A stretch of 64,000 nucleotides of DNA from an uncultured delta proteobacterium (GTDB taxonomy: Bacteria; Desulfobacterota; Desulfuromonadia; Desulfuromonadales; BM103): NCBI GenBank assembly GCA_963715335.1, contig CAVQRZ010000030.1:1-64000 (forward strand), read 5' to 3'. The notes beneath the pieces were generated by a model that saw only the letters and a list, made by a program, of their open reading frames with translations, had not been told where the DNA came from and made no database searches. The position numbers were made by a program, and so were the translations under genes. Below, piece after piece: positions 1 to 8,964 of this stretch (position 1 is its first letter; each line of letters starts with the position of its first letter).

Positions 1-60
1 CCTCCGACTGACACACATATCTTTAGTAGCTTATGCGCCCACATGACAGTTAACGAAAGA

Positions 61-378
61 TCAATTTGTGTTGCTTTGCTCCCCAGAAAGTTGCAATTCC
101 ACGTCCATGGATTTGTGGAGAATACGTACAATCTCAATCTGCTTTTCAGTTTTACTACGATAGTAGACAACATGGCTCCCCGTAGGGAACTTAAAGTAGC
201 CAGGCTTTATCTCATCGCAGGTCCTACCCATTGCTGGTTTGCCGTTTAGCTGGTGAAAACAGTCATCCAATGATTTCAAATAAATATTTCGCTGTTCTTT
301 TCCCCAACGTTTTTGGGTAAAGCGGGCAATATTCTTTAGGTCGCTTTTGGCTTTCTCCGTAAGAGAGAACTTTGACAT
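61..378 (-). CDS. parE: ParE/RelE-family type II toxin
   Basis: 105 aa, MSKFSLTEKAKSDLKNIARFTQKRWG...HVVYY...IEIVRILHKSMD is the ParE signature; overlaps the antitoxin stop by 1 nt. Confidence 0.9.
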   Translation of the reverse strand: MSKFSLTEKAKSDLKNIARFTQKRWGKEQRNIYLKSLDDCFHQLNGKPAMGRTCDEIKPGYFKFPTGSHVVYYRSKTEKQIEIVRILHKSMDVELQLSGEQSNTN

Positions 379-620
379 TACTTCAGCTCTTCTTCATCTA
401 GTTCACGGATCAAGCCTTCAAGTGAGTAGTCAGCAGTTCCACTGCTTTCACCTTCTTCGAGAGCCTTGCGAAGGCAACGAAGCTTGGTTTCTCTTTCTTC
501 GAGAAGACGCAGGCCAGCTCGCACGGCTTCACTAACTGAGCCATAGTGCCCAGTGGCAACCTGCTGGCTTACAAATTCCTCAAAATGTTGTCCAAGGGTT
601 ACGCTTGTATTCTTAGGCAT
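378..620 (-). CDS. parD: ParD-family (CopG/Arc/MetJ) antitoxin
   Basis: 80 aa, MPKNTSVTLGQHFEEFV...GHYGSVSEAVRAGLRLLEERE; GGAGG RBS; directly upstream of parE. Confidence 0.9.
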   Translation of the reverse strand: MPKNTSVTLGQHFEEFVSQQVATGHYGSVSEAVRAGLRLLEERETKLRCLRKALEEGESSGTADYSLEGLIRELDEEELK

Positions 621-989
621 AATATACCTCCGATATTGTTGATATATTATTATTTAATATTTACTGGTATCAATCAAGAGGTTTTTCTTTTGGGAAAACT
701 TGTCTCACTGCCTCGCTCCTGACACACCCCATTTCACGTCCCAGGGGCCTGGTCCTGACACACTACTTTTTGCCACGTCGCGAAAAAACATAAGCAATAA
801 TCAGCAAAGGATATACTAAAAGTGCTTCAACGAATTTTCCCTGGAAAAGAGCGAATGTGCTGAACAACAAACCAACTATTATTAGGACTATAAGCAGTAT
901 CGCAATCGGACGGTTCATGATTTTTCTCGTTTTGATAATCTCGAATCTGTGACCTGGTGTCTTAAAAACCCCGTGTCCTACCCACCTGG

Positions 990-1034
990 ATTACGAGAAA
1001 AGCCCCCGATCCGATGATTGAGGGCTTTCGTAAT
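990..1034 (-). terminator. Hairpin downstream of ftsK, probable terminator
   Basis: attacgagaaaagccc...agggctttcgtaat imperfect inverted repeat about 90 nt after the ftsK stop. Confidence 0.45.
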
Positions 1035-1124
1035 TTATAAATGCGGTATGGCGAGATTTCAAAACCATCTTCCAAATGCCCTTTTATATTTCGCGTCCCG
1101 TGTGCGAATAAGGGGGAACCTTCC

Positions 1125-3410
1125 TTATTCATTCCCGCCAATCTTGCTGATAAAGACTTCACGAGGGCGACTGGTGCCGTCGGAGGGGCCGACAATCCCT
1201 TCCGCCTCCATCTTTTCGATCATGCGGGCGGCGCGATTGTACCCGAGGCGCAGGCGGCGCTGGAGCATAGAGATCGACGCCTGCTTGGAGTCGGCGATGA
1301 TGGCCAAAGCCTCGTCCCATTTTTCATCGTAATCGTCTTCGCCGTTGCCGCCACTCTCTGTGGCAGCAGGTGTTTCGAGGATCGACTTGTCATAGTCCGG
1401 CTGCCCTTGCTTCTTGAGGAAATCGACCACGCGCTGGACTTCGATCTCCGAAACAAAGGCTCCGTGGACGCGCTGTACGGCACCGGTACCGGGCGGCAGA
1501 AAAAGCATGTCGCCGTTTCCGAGCAGGGCTTCCGCGCCCATCTGGTCGAGGATGGTGCGCGAGTCAGTCCGCGAAAATACCTTGAAGGAGATTCGGGTCG
1601 GGAAGTTGGCCTTGATCAGACCGGTGATGACGTCGACGCTCGGCCTCTGGGTGGCGAGAATCAGGTGAATCCCCGCCGCGCGTGCCATTTGTGCCAGGCG
1701 GGCAATCGATTCCTCGATATCGCGACCGGCAACCATCATCAGGTCGGCGAGTTCGTCGACTACGACCACCACGTAGGGGAGGTGTCCGTGTTCGAGGGTT
1801 TCGCCTTCGATCAGCTCGATTTCCGGCAGGTCCTCCTCCATCATGGAGACGAAGGTGTCATTGTCAGACTCCAGCTTGCGTTTGCTGGTTCGGTCCTTCT
1901 CTTCCTTGGCCAACTTACGGTTGTAGCCGTCGATGTTGCGCACACCTTTGTCGGCCATCAGCTTGTAGCGCCGCTCCATCTCCCGAACCGCCCAGTTCAG
2001 GGCCAGCGCCGCTTTTTTCGGATTGGTGACGACCGGCAACAGGAGATGCGGAATTCCTTCGTACATCGAGAGTTCCAACATTTTCGGGTCGACCATGATC
2101 AAACGTACATCGCGCGGGTCAGCGCGATAGAGCAGCGAGAGGATCATGGCGTTGATCGAGACAGATTTACCGGTACCGGTCGAACCGGCCACCAGCAGGT
2201 GAGGCATCTTGGCGAGATCAGCGACCACCGTATGGCCGAAGATGTCCTTGCCCAGGGCGAGCGGCAGACGCCCGCCGGTTTTCTGGAACTCGTTCGTGGC
2301 GAAGATCTCCTTGAGGTAGACCATCTCGCGGTCGCGATTCGGGATCTCGATGCCGACCACGCCGCGGCCCGGAATCGGCGCGACAATCCGGATTGAGAGT
2401 GCTTTGAGAGCCATGCTCAAGTCGTCAGACAGCCCGGCAATCTTGTTGACCTTGACACCAGGTGCCGGGGCGAATTCGTACATGGTGACGACCGGCCCCG
2501 GCTTGACCTCGGAAACATCGCCCTCGACGTTGAAGTCGAGCAACTTCTTCTCCAGCAGCCGGGCGTTCATCATCAAAGCGTCCTTGTCGACCGGTTTCGC
2601 AACCTCGCCGTCGTGGTCGAGCAGGTTAAGCGATGGCGGGTGATAGGTGCCGAAAGGCTCCAGGAAGTCAAAGGCCTCCTGGTTTGCCGGGGTTTTTTTC
2701 TTGTCAAGCTTCTTTTCCATAACCGTAACAGGCTTGGCGGTGACCGGCTCGGGGCCACGGATGACCGGGGCTTTTTCCTTTTTCGGCTGATCTTTTTCCT
2801 TCAACTCGCGGCGGGCCTGACGTGCCGCTCTGCGTTTTTCCATGGCACCTCCCAACCTGGCCAGCAGGCCTTCGAGGAAGAGCACCATGGAGAACCGGGC
2901 AACGAGCATGGCGGAAACCGAGAAAAAGACAATCAGGAAGAGTGCTGCACCGGTCAAGTTGAACCAGCCTTTCAGGGTGCTGGCGAGGAAGTAGCCGACA
3001 AAGCCGCCAGCCTGGTTCAACGTCTGTCCGAACAGGGCGGTCTTTTCCACTTTCAGAGAAATCAGACCGGCAAGCGAATTCAGCATGACGATGAATGCCA
3101 CGGCCTTGTACGCCCGCGGATGCAGGTCGCGGAATTTCAACAGCCGCCATGCAAACATCAGGCAGGCGAAAGGGATGACCAGCGCCGGCAGGCCGATGAC
3201 CTGGTAAAAGAGGTCTGAAACATAGGCGCCGACCTTGCCGCAGAAGTTGTGAATCGATGCAGGGTTAAGGTTGTTGTTGAAGGATGGGTCATTGTTGTTA
3301 AATGAAACCAGGCTTAACAGAAGGAAGATGCCGACCGCCATCCAGACCAGGCCGGCGATCTCTTTTTTGATATGTTCGCGGAGAAAGGTTTTGCGTGGTT
3401 TATCGCTCAT
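1125..3410 (-). CDS. ftsK: DNA translocase FtsK
   Basis: N-terminal TM region, PHLLVAGSTGTGKS Walker A, VVVVDELADLMM, ATQRPSVDVITGLIKAN, C-terminal gamma domain (QRRLRLGYNRAAR). Confidence 0.97.
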   Translation of the reverse strand: MSDKPRKTFLREHIKKEIAGLVWMAVGIFLLLSLVSFNNNDPSFNNNLNPASIHNFCGKVGAYVSDLFYQVIGLPALVIPFACLMFAWRLLKFRDLHPRAYKAVAFIVMLNSLAGLISLKVEKTALFGQTLNQAGGFVGYFLASTLKGWFNLTGAALFLIVFFSVSAMLVARFSMVLFLEGLLARLGGAMEKRRAARQARRELKEKDQPKKEKAPVIRGPEPVTAKPVTVMEKKLDKKKTPANQEAFDFLEPFGTYHPPSLNLLDHDGEVAKPVDKDALMMNARLLEKKLLDFNVEGDVSEVKPGPVVTMYEFAPAPGVKVNKIAGLSDDLSMALKALSIRIVAPIPGRGVVGIEIPNRDREMVYLKEIFATNEFQKTGGRLPLALGKDIFGHTVVADLAKMPHLLVAGSTGTGKSVSINAMILSLLYRADPRDVRLIMVDPKMLELSMYEGIPHLLLPVVTNPKKAALALNWAVREMERRYKLMADKGVRNIDGYNRKLAKEEKDRTSKRKLESDNDTFVSMMEEDLPEIELIEGETLEHGHLPYVVVVVDELADLMMVAGRDIEESIARLAQMARAAGIHLILATQRPSVDVITGLIKANFPTRISFKVFSRTDSRTILDQMGAEALLGNGDMLFLPPGTGAVQRVHGAFVSEIEVQRVVDFLKKQGQPDYDKSILETPAATESGGNGEDDYDEKWDEALAIIADSKQASISMLQRRLRLGYNRAARMIEKMEAEGIVGPSDGTSRPREVFISKIGGNE

Positions 3411-3483
3411 ATGCCCTCTATATAATCCGGCTCATCTTAGCGCAATGACAGGGGAAAGGTCAAAGATTGCTTGACAGCTGCGA

Positions 3484-4275
3484 TCAGAAAAACAGGATCA
3501 GCCCCGTGCCGCCTGCCAACCAGCAATAGAGAGCGAACCAGTGCAGCCGCCGCCGCCTGATGACACCCATCAACAAGTGGATGCAGAACAGTCCTGTCAC
3601 CAGTGCCGCCAGCGTTCCGGCAGCGTAGGGGAAGAAGATATTCCCCGCCACCTGGTCAAGGTCTTTCAGGGAGAGCAGGGCCGCACCGAAAACTGCTGGC
3701 AGGGCCAGCAGGAACGAAAACCTGGCCGCGGTTTCACCGTCGATGCCGCGCATCAGCAAGGCCGCAATTGTCGAACCGGAGCGGGAGATGCCGGGGATGA
3801 TCGCGCAGCCCTGGACCGTACCGACGACCAGCGCATCGACAAAGGTCATCTGCCTCCGGGAGTTCTCGGTACGACGCAGGCGCTCAGCCGCCCAGAGCAG
3901 CATACCGGTGATCAGCAGCATGATACAGACGATCACGGGCCGCTCGAACAGACCGATGAAGAAGTCCTTGAAAAGTAAGCCGATTACGGCGGTCGGGATG
4001 GAACCTGCAATCAGTAGCGCAACCATGAAACGCTGGTTTTTCGCCATCGCATCCCTGCGCCAGAGCGAAGAGACCAGTCCGGCCAGGTCGCGCCAGAAAT
4101 AAATCGCGACCGCGATCATAGTGCCGACGTGCAGCAGGACATCGAAGAGCACGCCCGGCTGCTCGAAGTCACCAATCAGGTGTTGGGCAAGAACCAGATG
4201 CCCGCTCGACGAAACCGGCAGGAACTCGGTGGCACCCTGCAGGGTGCCGAGCAATATTGCTTCAATGAAAGTCAT
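3484..4275 (-). CDS. uppP: Undecaprenyl-diphosphate phosphatase
   Basis: QGATEFLPVSSSGHL and PGISRSGSTI motifs; start moved to MTFIEAILLG (4275). Confidence 0.95.
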   Translation of the reverse strand: MTFIEAILLGTLQGATEFLPVSSSGHLVLAQHLIGDFEQPGVLFDVLLHVGTMIAVAIYFWRDLAGLVSSLWRRDAMAKNQRFMVALLIAGSIPTAVIGLLFKDFFIGLFERPVIVCIMLLITGMLLWAAERLRRTENSRRQMTFVDALVVGTVQGCAIIPGISRSGSTIAALLMRGIDGETAARFSFLLALPAVFGAALLSLKDLDQVAGNIFFPYAAGTLAALVTGLFCIHLLMGVIRRRRLHWFALYCWLAGGTGLILFF

Positions 4276-4368
4276 ATAAAACCGGTTGCCAGGGGTTGGG
4301 GGCTGGAGACTGGTAATAGCATAAAAAACCAACTCGCGCCACGCGCTATTTTCTGCGTGCCAGGTTTT

Positions 4369-6072
4369 TTATAGTTCCATGATAATCGGCAGGATCAGCG
4401 GCCGGCGGTCGATCCTCTTGTTGAAAAGGCGTCGCAGGGTCTTGCGGACCTCGACGCGCAGCTCCTCCCAGTCGCTGATTGCCTCCCGGCTGTGTTCTGC
4501 CAGCATCTCGCAGACCTGCCGTTTGGCCTCCTGCAGAAGCTCTTCGTTGTCATCTGCCGGGATGAACCCGCGAGTGATGATCTCTGGTCCGGAGACGACC
4601 GTTCCGCTGTCCTGGTTGAGCGCCAGGAAAACGATGACCAGGCCGTGATTGGCGAGGTGACGACGGTCGCGCAACTCCATTTCACCGACATCGCCGACGC
4701 CCTTGCCGTCGATGAACACCCGTCCGGTTTCGACCTTCGGTTCGATCCGGTGACCATTGGCCGAGAGCACCAGTGGGGTGCCGTTGCTGATGACGAGGGC
4801 ATGCTCCGCACTCCAGCCGAGGCTGTGGGCCAGTTGGGCGTGCTTGACCAGGTGGCGGTATTCGCCGTGCACCGGCACGAAATATTGCGGTTTGACCAGA
4901 TTCAATACGGTCTTCAATTCGCTCTGGCTGGCGTGGCCGGATACATGGATCTCGCTGGTCGTTTCGTAGTGGACATCCGCTCCGCGACGGTAGAGATGGT
5001 TGATCAGGTGAGTGATTGCCCGCTCGTTGCCGGGAATGAATTTCGAGGAAAGAATCACTGTGTCGCCGGGCTCGATACTGATCTTCTTGTGATCGTCCAT
5101 GGCGATCCGCGACAGGGAGCTGAGCGGCTCTCCCTGGCTACCGGTGGTCAGGATAAGGACCCTGTCTGGACGCAGGTCGCGTATATGCCGCAGGTCGATG
5201 AGTATGTCGTCGGGGACATGGAGATAGCCGAGTTCCCTGGCGATGGCAATGTTGCTGACCATGCTGCGCCCGGATACGACAACTTTGCGGTCGACCTTTT
5301 GCGCGGCATTGATGACTTGCTGGATACGGTGAATATTCGATGAGAAGGTCGCGACCAGTACTTTACCTCGGCAGTGCGGCAGGAGCTCATCGAAAGCCTC
5401 GCCGACCGTGCGTTCTGAGAGGGTATGCCCGGTGTTCTCGACGTTGGTGGAGTCGGCGAGTAACAGCAGAACGCCTTCCTCACCGTAGGCGGCCAGGCGG
5501 CCGAGGTCGGTGGGCTGATTGTCAACAGGGGTCGGGTCGAGCTTGAAATCTCCGGTGTGCACGATCAACCCTGCGGGTGTGCGGATCGCCAGCCCGCAGC
5601 CGTCGACGATCGAATGTGCGGCACGGAAAAATTCAACCTCGAAGGGCCCGATGGCTACTGGTTCGCGAACTTTGACAGCATGGCATTCGACCTTGCCCTT
5701 CAGCAGGTGTTCTTCGAGTTTGTTGGCGAGCAGCCCCAGGGTCAACGGCGAACCGTAAATCGGTGGGAAGCCAAGCCGTTTTGCCAGAAAGGGAATGGCG
5801 CCGATATGATCCTCATGGCCGTGGGTCAGGACAATTCCGGCAATCTCCTCCCGGCGTTCGGCAATTGCGGCAATGTCGGGGATCACCAGGTCGATGCCGA
5901 GCATGTAGGCCTCGGGGAACATCAGGCCGCAGTCGATGATCAGCAGACCGCCTGCCGCCTCGATGACCATCATGTTCAGGCCGATTTCACCGAGCCCGCC
6001 CAGCGGCAGAATCCGGACCGCATCCGGGTGCAGTGGCTGCAGTGTCTCGACAGTTTGTAAGTCATTCGTCAT
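4369..6072 (-). CDS. rnj: Ribonuclease J
   Basis: PLGGLGEIGLNM, THGHEDHIG, HTGDFK, HVSGHAS, PVHGE motifs (MBL/beta-CASP). Confidence 0.95.
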   Translation of the reverse strand: MTNDLQTVETLQPLHPDAVRILPLGGLGEIGLNMMVIEAAGGLLIIDCGLMFPEAYMLGIDLVIPDIAAIAERREEIAGIVLTHGHEDHIGAIPFLAKRLGFPPIYGSPLTLGLLANKLEEHLLKGKVECHAVKVREPVAIGPFEVEFFRAAHSIVDGCGLAIRTPAGLIVHTGDFKLDPTPVDNQPTDLGRLAAYGEEGVLLLLADSTNVENTGHTLSERTVGEAFDELLPHCRGKVLVATFSSNIHRIQQVINAAQKVDRKVVVSGRSMVSNIAIARELGYLHVPDDILIDLRHIRDLRPDRVLILTTGSQGEPLSSLSRIAMDDHKKISIEPGDTVILSSKFIPGNERAITHLINHLYRRGADVHYETTSEIHVSGHASQSELKTVLNLVKPQYFVPVHGEYRHLVKHAQLAHSLGWSAEHALVISNGTPLVLSANGHRIEPKVETGRVFIDGKGVGDVGEMELRDRRHLANHGLVIVFLALNQDSGTVVSGPEIITRGFIPADDNEELLQEAKRQVCEMLAEHSREAISDWEELRVEVRKTLRRLFNKRIDRRPLILPIIMEL

Positions 6073-6226
6073 GGTGAGAATTGCCCCTGCATATCAGGCT
6101 TTTGGAGTGAAACGACGTCAGTCTAGGAGAGTGTAGCACCAGAGTCAAATCCTTTCCCGTGCGAGCTTTCCGGCAACAGTGATATCAATACAATTGGAGT
6201 TCCACCTCGCAAAGATGACCTTTTGC

Positions 6227-6344
6227 GCCACGAAGACCCGAAGGCACTAAGAAAATGATTTTCATAGAAACATAATAACCCTTAGCTCGATGGTTTGATA
6301 ATCAGGAAAACCATGATTTCTTCGATTCTTGGTGACTTCGCGGC
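6227..6344. repeat. Imperfect inverted-repeat element made of 8-bp units (CACGAAGN-like)
   Basis: left arm gccacgaagacccgaaggcactaagaaaatgatttt versus reverse complement of right arm gccgcgaagtcaccaagaatcgaagaaatcatggtttt. Confidence 0.6.
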
Positions 6345-6414
6345 TAATTTATACTGCTGGTTGTGAGTTTGTTGATATATGTTTGTACAGAAGGAACTTT
6401 CCCCTGGAGGTGAA

Positions 6415-7107
6415 ATGCAGCTACCTCAACCCTTGATTGCAGGTCGACTGCTCAGGCGTTACAAGCGGTTCCTCGCAGATGTGGAGCTTGCTGACGGAAG
6501 CGTGGTGACAGCACATACGCCGAATACCGGCAGCATGCAGCAGTGCGCAGTGCCCGGTCACAACGTCCTGCTTTCGCGGAGCGACAATCCGCAGCGCAAG
6601 CTGGCATGGTCGTGGGAGCTGGTGGAAGTCAACGGCCATTGGGTTGATATCAACACCCATCGGGCCAACCGGGTCGTCGAGGAGGCCTTAAGCAACGACC
6701 GGGTGGATGCCCTGCAGGGTTACACGGTGCGACCGGAGTTTTCGTATGCTGACAGCCGGATCGATTTCATGCTCGAAGGCCACGGCGAAAAGGTCTTGCT
6801 CGAAGTCAAGAATGTCACCCTGTGCTGTGCAGAGGCGGTGGCCTGTTTCCCCGATGCCGTCACCACGCGCGGCCAGAAGCACCTGCGTGACCTCATGGCA
6901 GCAGTTAACGATGGCTGGCGGGCGGTGATCTTTTTCCTTGTGCAGCGCGGTGATGCGGAAGCATTTGCTCCGGCCGACCACATCGATCCTGAATACGGTC
7001 GACTGCTCAGAAAAGCAGTCGGATGCGGGGTAGAAGTTATGGTGTATAGGACTATTGTCAATCGTCAGCGGACTTGCCTGGAGAAATCCTTGCAACTATT
7101 ATTGTGA
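6415..7107 (+). CDS. sfsA: DNA/RNA nuclease SfsA (sugar fermentation stimulation protein)
   Basis: RRYKRFLADV, HTPNTGSM, SRIDF, LEVKNVT, FPDAVTTRGQKHL; GGAGG RBS before ATG 6415. Confidence 0.95.
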   Translation: MQLPQPLIAGRLLRRYKRFLADVELADGSVVTAHTPNTGSMQQCAVPGHNVLLSRSDNPQRKLAWSWELVEVNGHWVDINTHRANRVVEEALSNDRVDALQGYTVRPEFSYADSRIDFMLEGHGEKVLLEVKNVTLCCAEAVACFPDAVTTRGQKHLRDLMAAVNDGWRAVIFFLVQRGDAEAFAPADHIDPEYGRLLRKAVGCGVEVMVYRTIVNRQRTCLEKSLQLLL

Positions 7108-7207
7108 TGCTTTGTTATACTTCCGGCACCACAATCCGTAACAGTTGCCTTCCTTGCAAAAAAAACAAGGTTGATTAAACAGTTGCCACTGGAAAGGATA
7201 AACCCCT

Positions 7208-8248
7208 ATGCGTGTTGAAACTGATTATAAGCTCGGCTTCAAGGACGTGCTGATCCGCCCCAAACGGTCGACCCTGAAAAGCCGGGCCCTGGTGGAGCTG
7301 GACCGGACCTTCGTCTTCCTGCACAGCAAAATGCAATGGAGCGGGGTGCCGATTATTGCCGCCAATATGGATACAGTCGGAACTTTCGAGGTTGCCGAGG
7401 CCCTTGCCGAGCACCGGATGCTCTGTGCGATTCACAAGCATTACAGCCTGGCCGAGTGGCGGGCCTTTGTCGAACGGCAGACGGGTGATGATATCTTCGT
7501 CCGGATCATGGTCAGCATCGGGGTCATGGATGAGGATTTCGAAAAACTGGCGCAGATCATGGCCCAGCATCCGCAATTGCAATTCATCTGTATTGATGTT
7601 GCCAACGGTTACGCCGAATCGTTCGCCGAATACGTCGAGAGGGTGCGGCAGGCTTATCCTGAAAAGACCATAATTGCCGGCAATGTGGTTACCGGTGAGA
7701 TGGTGGAACAATTGCTGCTGTCGGGCGCGGATATCGTCAAAGTCGGGATTGGCCCTGGTTCGGTCTGTACCACCCGGGTCAAGACCGGGGTCGGCTACCC
7801 GCAGCTGTCTGCCGTCATCGAATGTGCAGACGCCGCCCACGGTCTCGGCGGCAGGATCATCTCGGATGGCGGCTGCGCCGCTGCCGGGGACGTCGCGAAG
7901 GCGTTTGGCGGCGGGGCCGATTTTGTCATGCTGGGCGGTATGTTTGCCGGCCACGACGAAAGTGGCGGTCAGCTGGTGCAACGCGACGGCCAGCACTACA
8001 AGCTCTTTTACGGCATGAGCTCGGACACTGCCATGAAAAAACACGCCGGGATGGTGGCCGATTATCGTGCCTCGGAAGGCAAGACCGTCGAAGTCCCCTA
8101 CCGTGGCCCGATTGACGAAACGGTCAAAGACATCCTTGGCGGGCTGCGCTCTACCTGCACGTACGTCGGCGCCTCGGCGCTGCGTGAGCTGTCAAAACGG
8201 ACGACGTTCATCCGGGTCATGGAGCAGGAAAACCGGACCTTCGGCTAA
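7208..8248 (+). CDS. guaC: GMP reductase (E. coli/eukaryote-type, 346 aa)
   Basis: [56 protein letters not shown]. Confidence 0.96.
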   Translation: MRVETDYKLGFKDVLIRPKRSTLKSRALVELDRTFVFLHSKMQWSGVPIIAANMDTVGTFEVAEALAEHRMLCAIHKHYSLAEWRAFVERQTGDDIFVRIMVSIGVMDEDFEKLAQIMAQHPQLQFICIDVANGYAESFAEYVERVRQAYPEKTIIAGNVVTGEMVEQLLLSGADIVKVGIGPGSVCTTRVKTGVGYPQLSAVIECADAAHGLGGRIISDGGCAAAGDVAKAFGGGADFVMLGGMFAGHDESGGQLVQRDGQHYKLFYGMSSDTAMKKHAGMVADYRASEGKTVEVPYRGPIDETVKDILGGLRSTCTYVGASALRELSKRTTFIRVMEQENRTFG

Positions 8249-8272
8249 GTGCCCGATTCACAGCGCAGCGGA

Positions 8273-8608
8273 TCAGGACTCGGCCAACTGACTCCTGCGA
8301 CGCTGCAACGGCCATCCGACGAGCAAGGTCGCGTGTGCCGCATGGTGGTGCTCGACTTCTTCGCCGAGATCACGAAACTTCATTCTGACAATGTACACTG
8401 CAGCGGCCCAGAGAAGTCCGAGCGCCCAGACCCACCAGCTGAATACGGCGTTGACGCCGACGAGAACTGCCATGAAGACGGCGACTACAGCTGCAAAGGC
8501 GTAAGGCAGGATGTAGTAGCAGAAGAATCCAATGACAAAACCGGCGATTGGCAGGACGACAGCGAAGAGCAGAAACGCGAAAATGACCATGAAAAGAAAC
8601 CCATCCAT
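8273..8608 (-). CDS. Hypothetical membrane protein (111 aa) downstream of c-di-GMP riboswitch
   Basis: GGAGGAAG RBS before MDGFLFMVIF; 3-4 hydrophobic segments. Confidence 0.7.
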   Translation of the reverse strand: MDGFLFMVIFAFLLFAVVLPIAGFVIGFFCYYILPYAFAAVVAVFMAVLVGVNAVFSWWVWALGLLWAAAVYIVRMKFRDLGEEVEHHHAAHATLLVGWPLQRRRSQLAES

Positions 8609-8700
8609 ATCTTCCTCCGTTCTCAAAGGGTTTAACCTGGTTTGCCTGACCAAGCTCCTTTCCGTCCCCGGCAAATAAACAAGCCGGGGCCAAAATTTTT

Positions 8701-8790
8701 GGCAACCCGGCTGTCCGGTACTGGTTATGGAGGAGGGGCGGACCCTTGGCTTTCCGCGCCTACCTTACGATAGGGATGGCTTTATCGTTA
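8701..8790 (-). promoter_or_regulatory. Cyclic-dinucleotide GEMM-I (c-di-GMP-I class) riboswitch
   Basis: minus strand reads CGAUAAAGCCAUCCC-UAUC-GUAA-GGUA-GGCGCGGAAAGCCAAGGGUCC...GGACAGCCGGGUUGCC: GNRA tetraloop, GGAAAGCC junction and GACAGCCGGG(U)UGCC 3' strand as in Geobacter-type GEMM-I aptamers; a GC hairpin follows at 8666-8689. Confidence 0.88.
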
Positions 8791-8964
8791 TTTTATTGTC
8801 GAAAGTATATATTTTTTATACGGGATGGCAAATGGTTTTAATGTTAATTTTTTCAAATTATGTTTATAAATTAGTACCTTATGGGTTTTTGCCAGTCTAA
8901 TCAGTAAATTACGAATGTATGTTTTTTACATACTGAGACGGTTATTTTCAGGCAGGGATTAATT

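Noticed and set aside
1041..2396. 451-aa plus-strand ORF, and similar long ORFs at 7175-8044, 34946-35869, 42837-43904, 46603-47478, 47567-48739 and 63044-63961
   Set aside because: Antisense shadows of well-supported genes (ftsK, guaC, ams, metH, kinase, regulator, actP); expected in GC-rich coding DNA and without motifs
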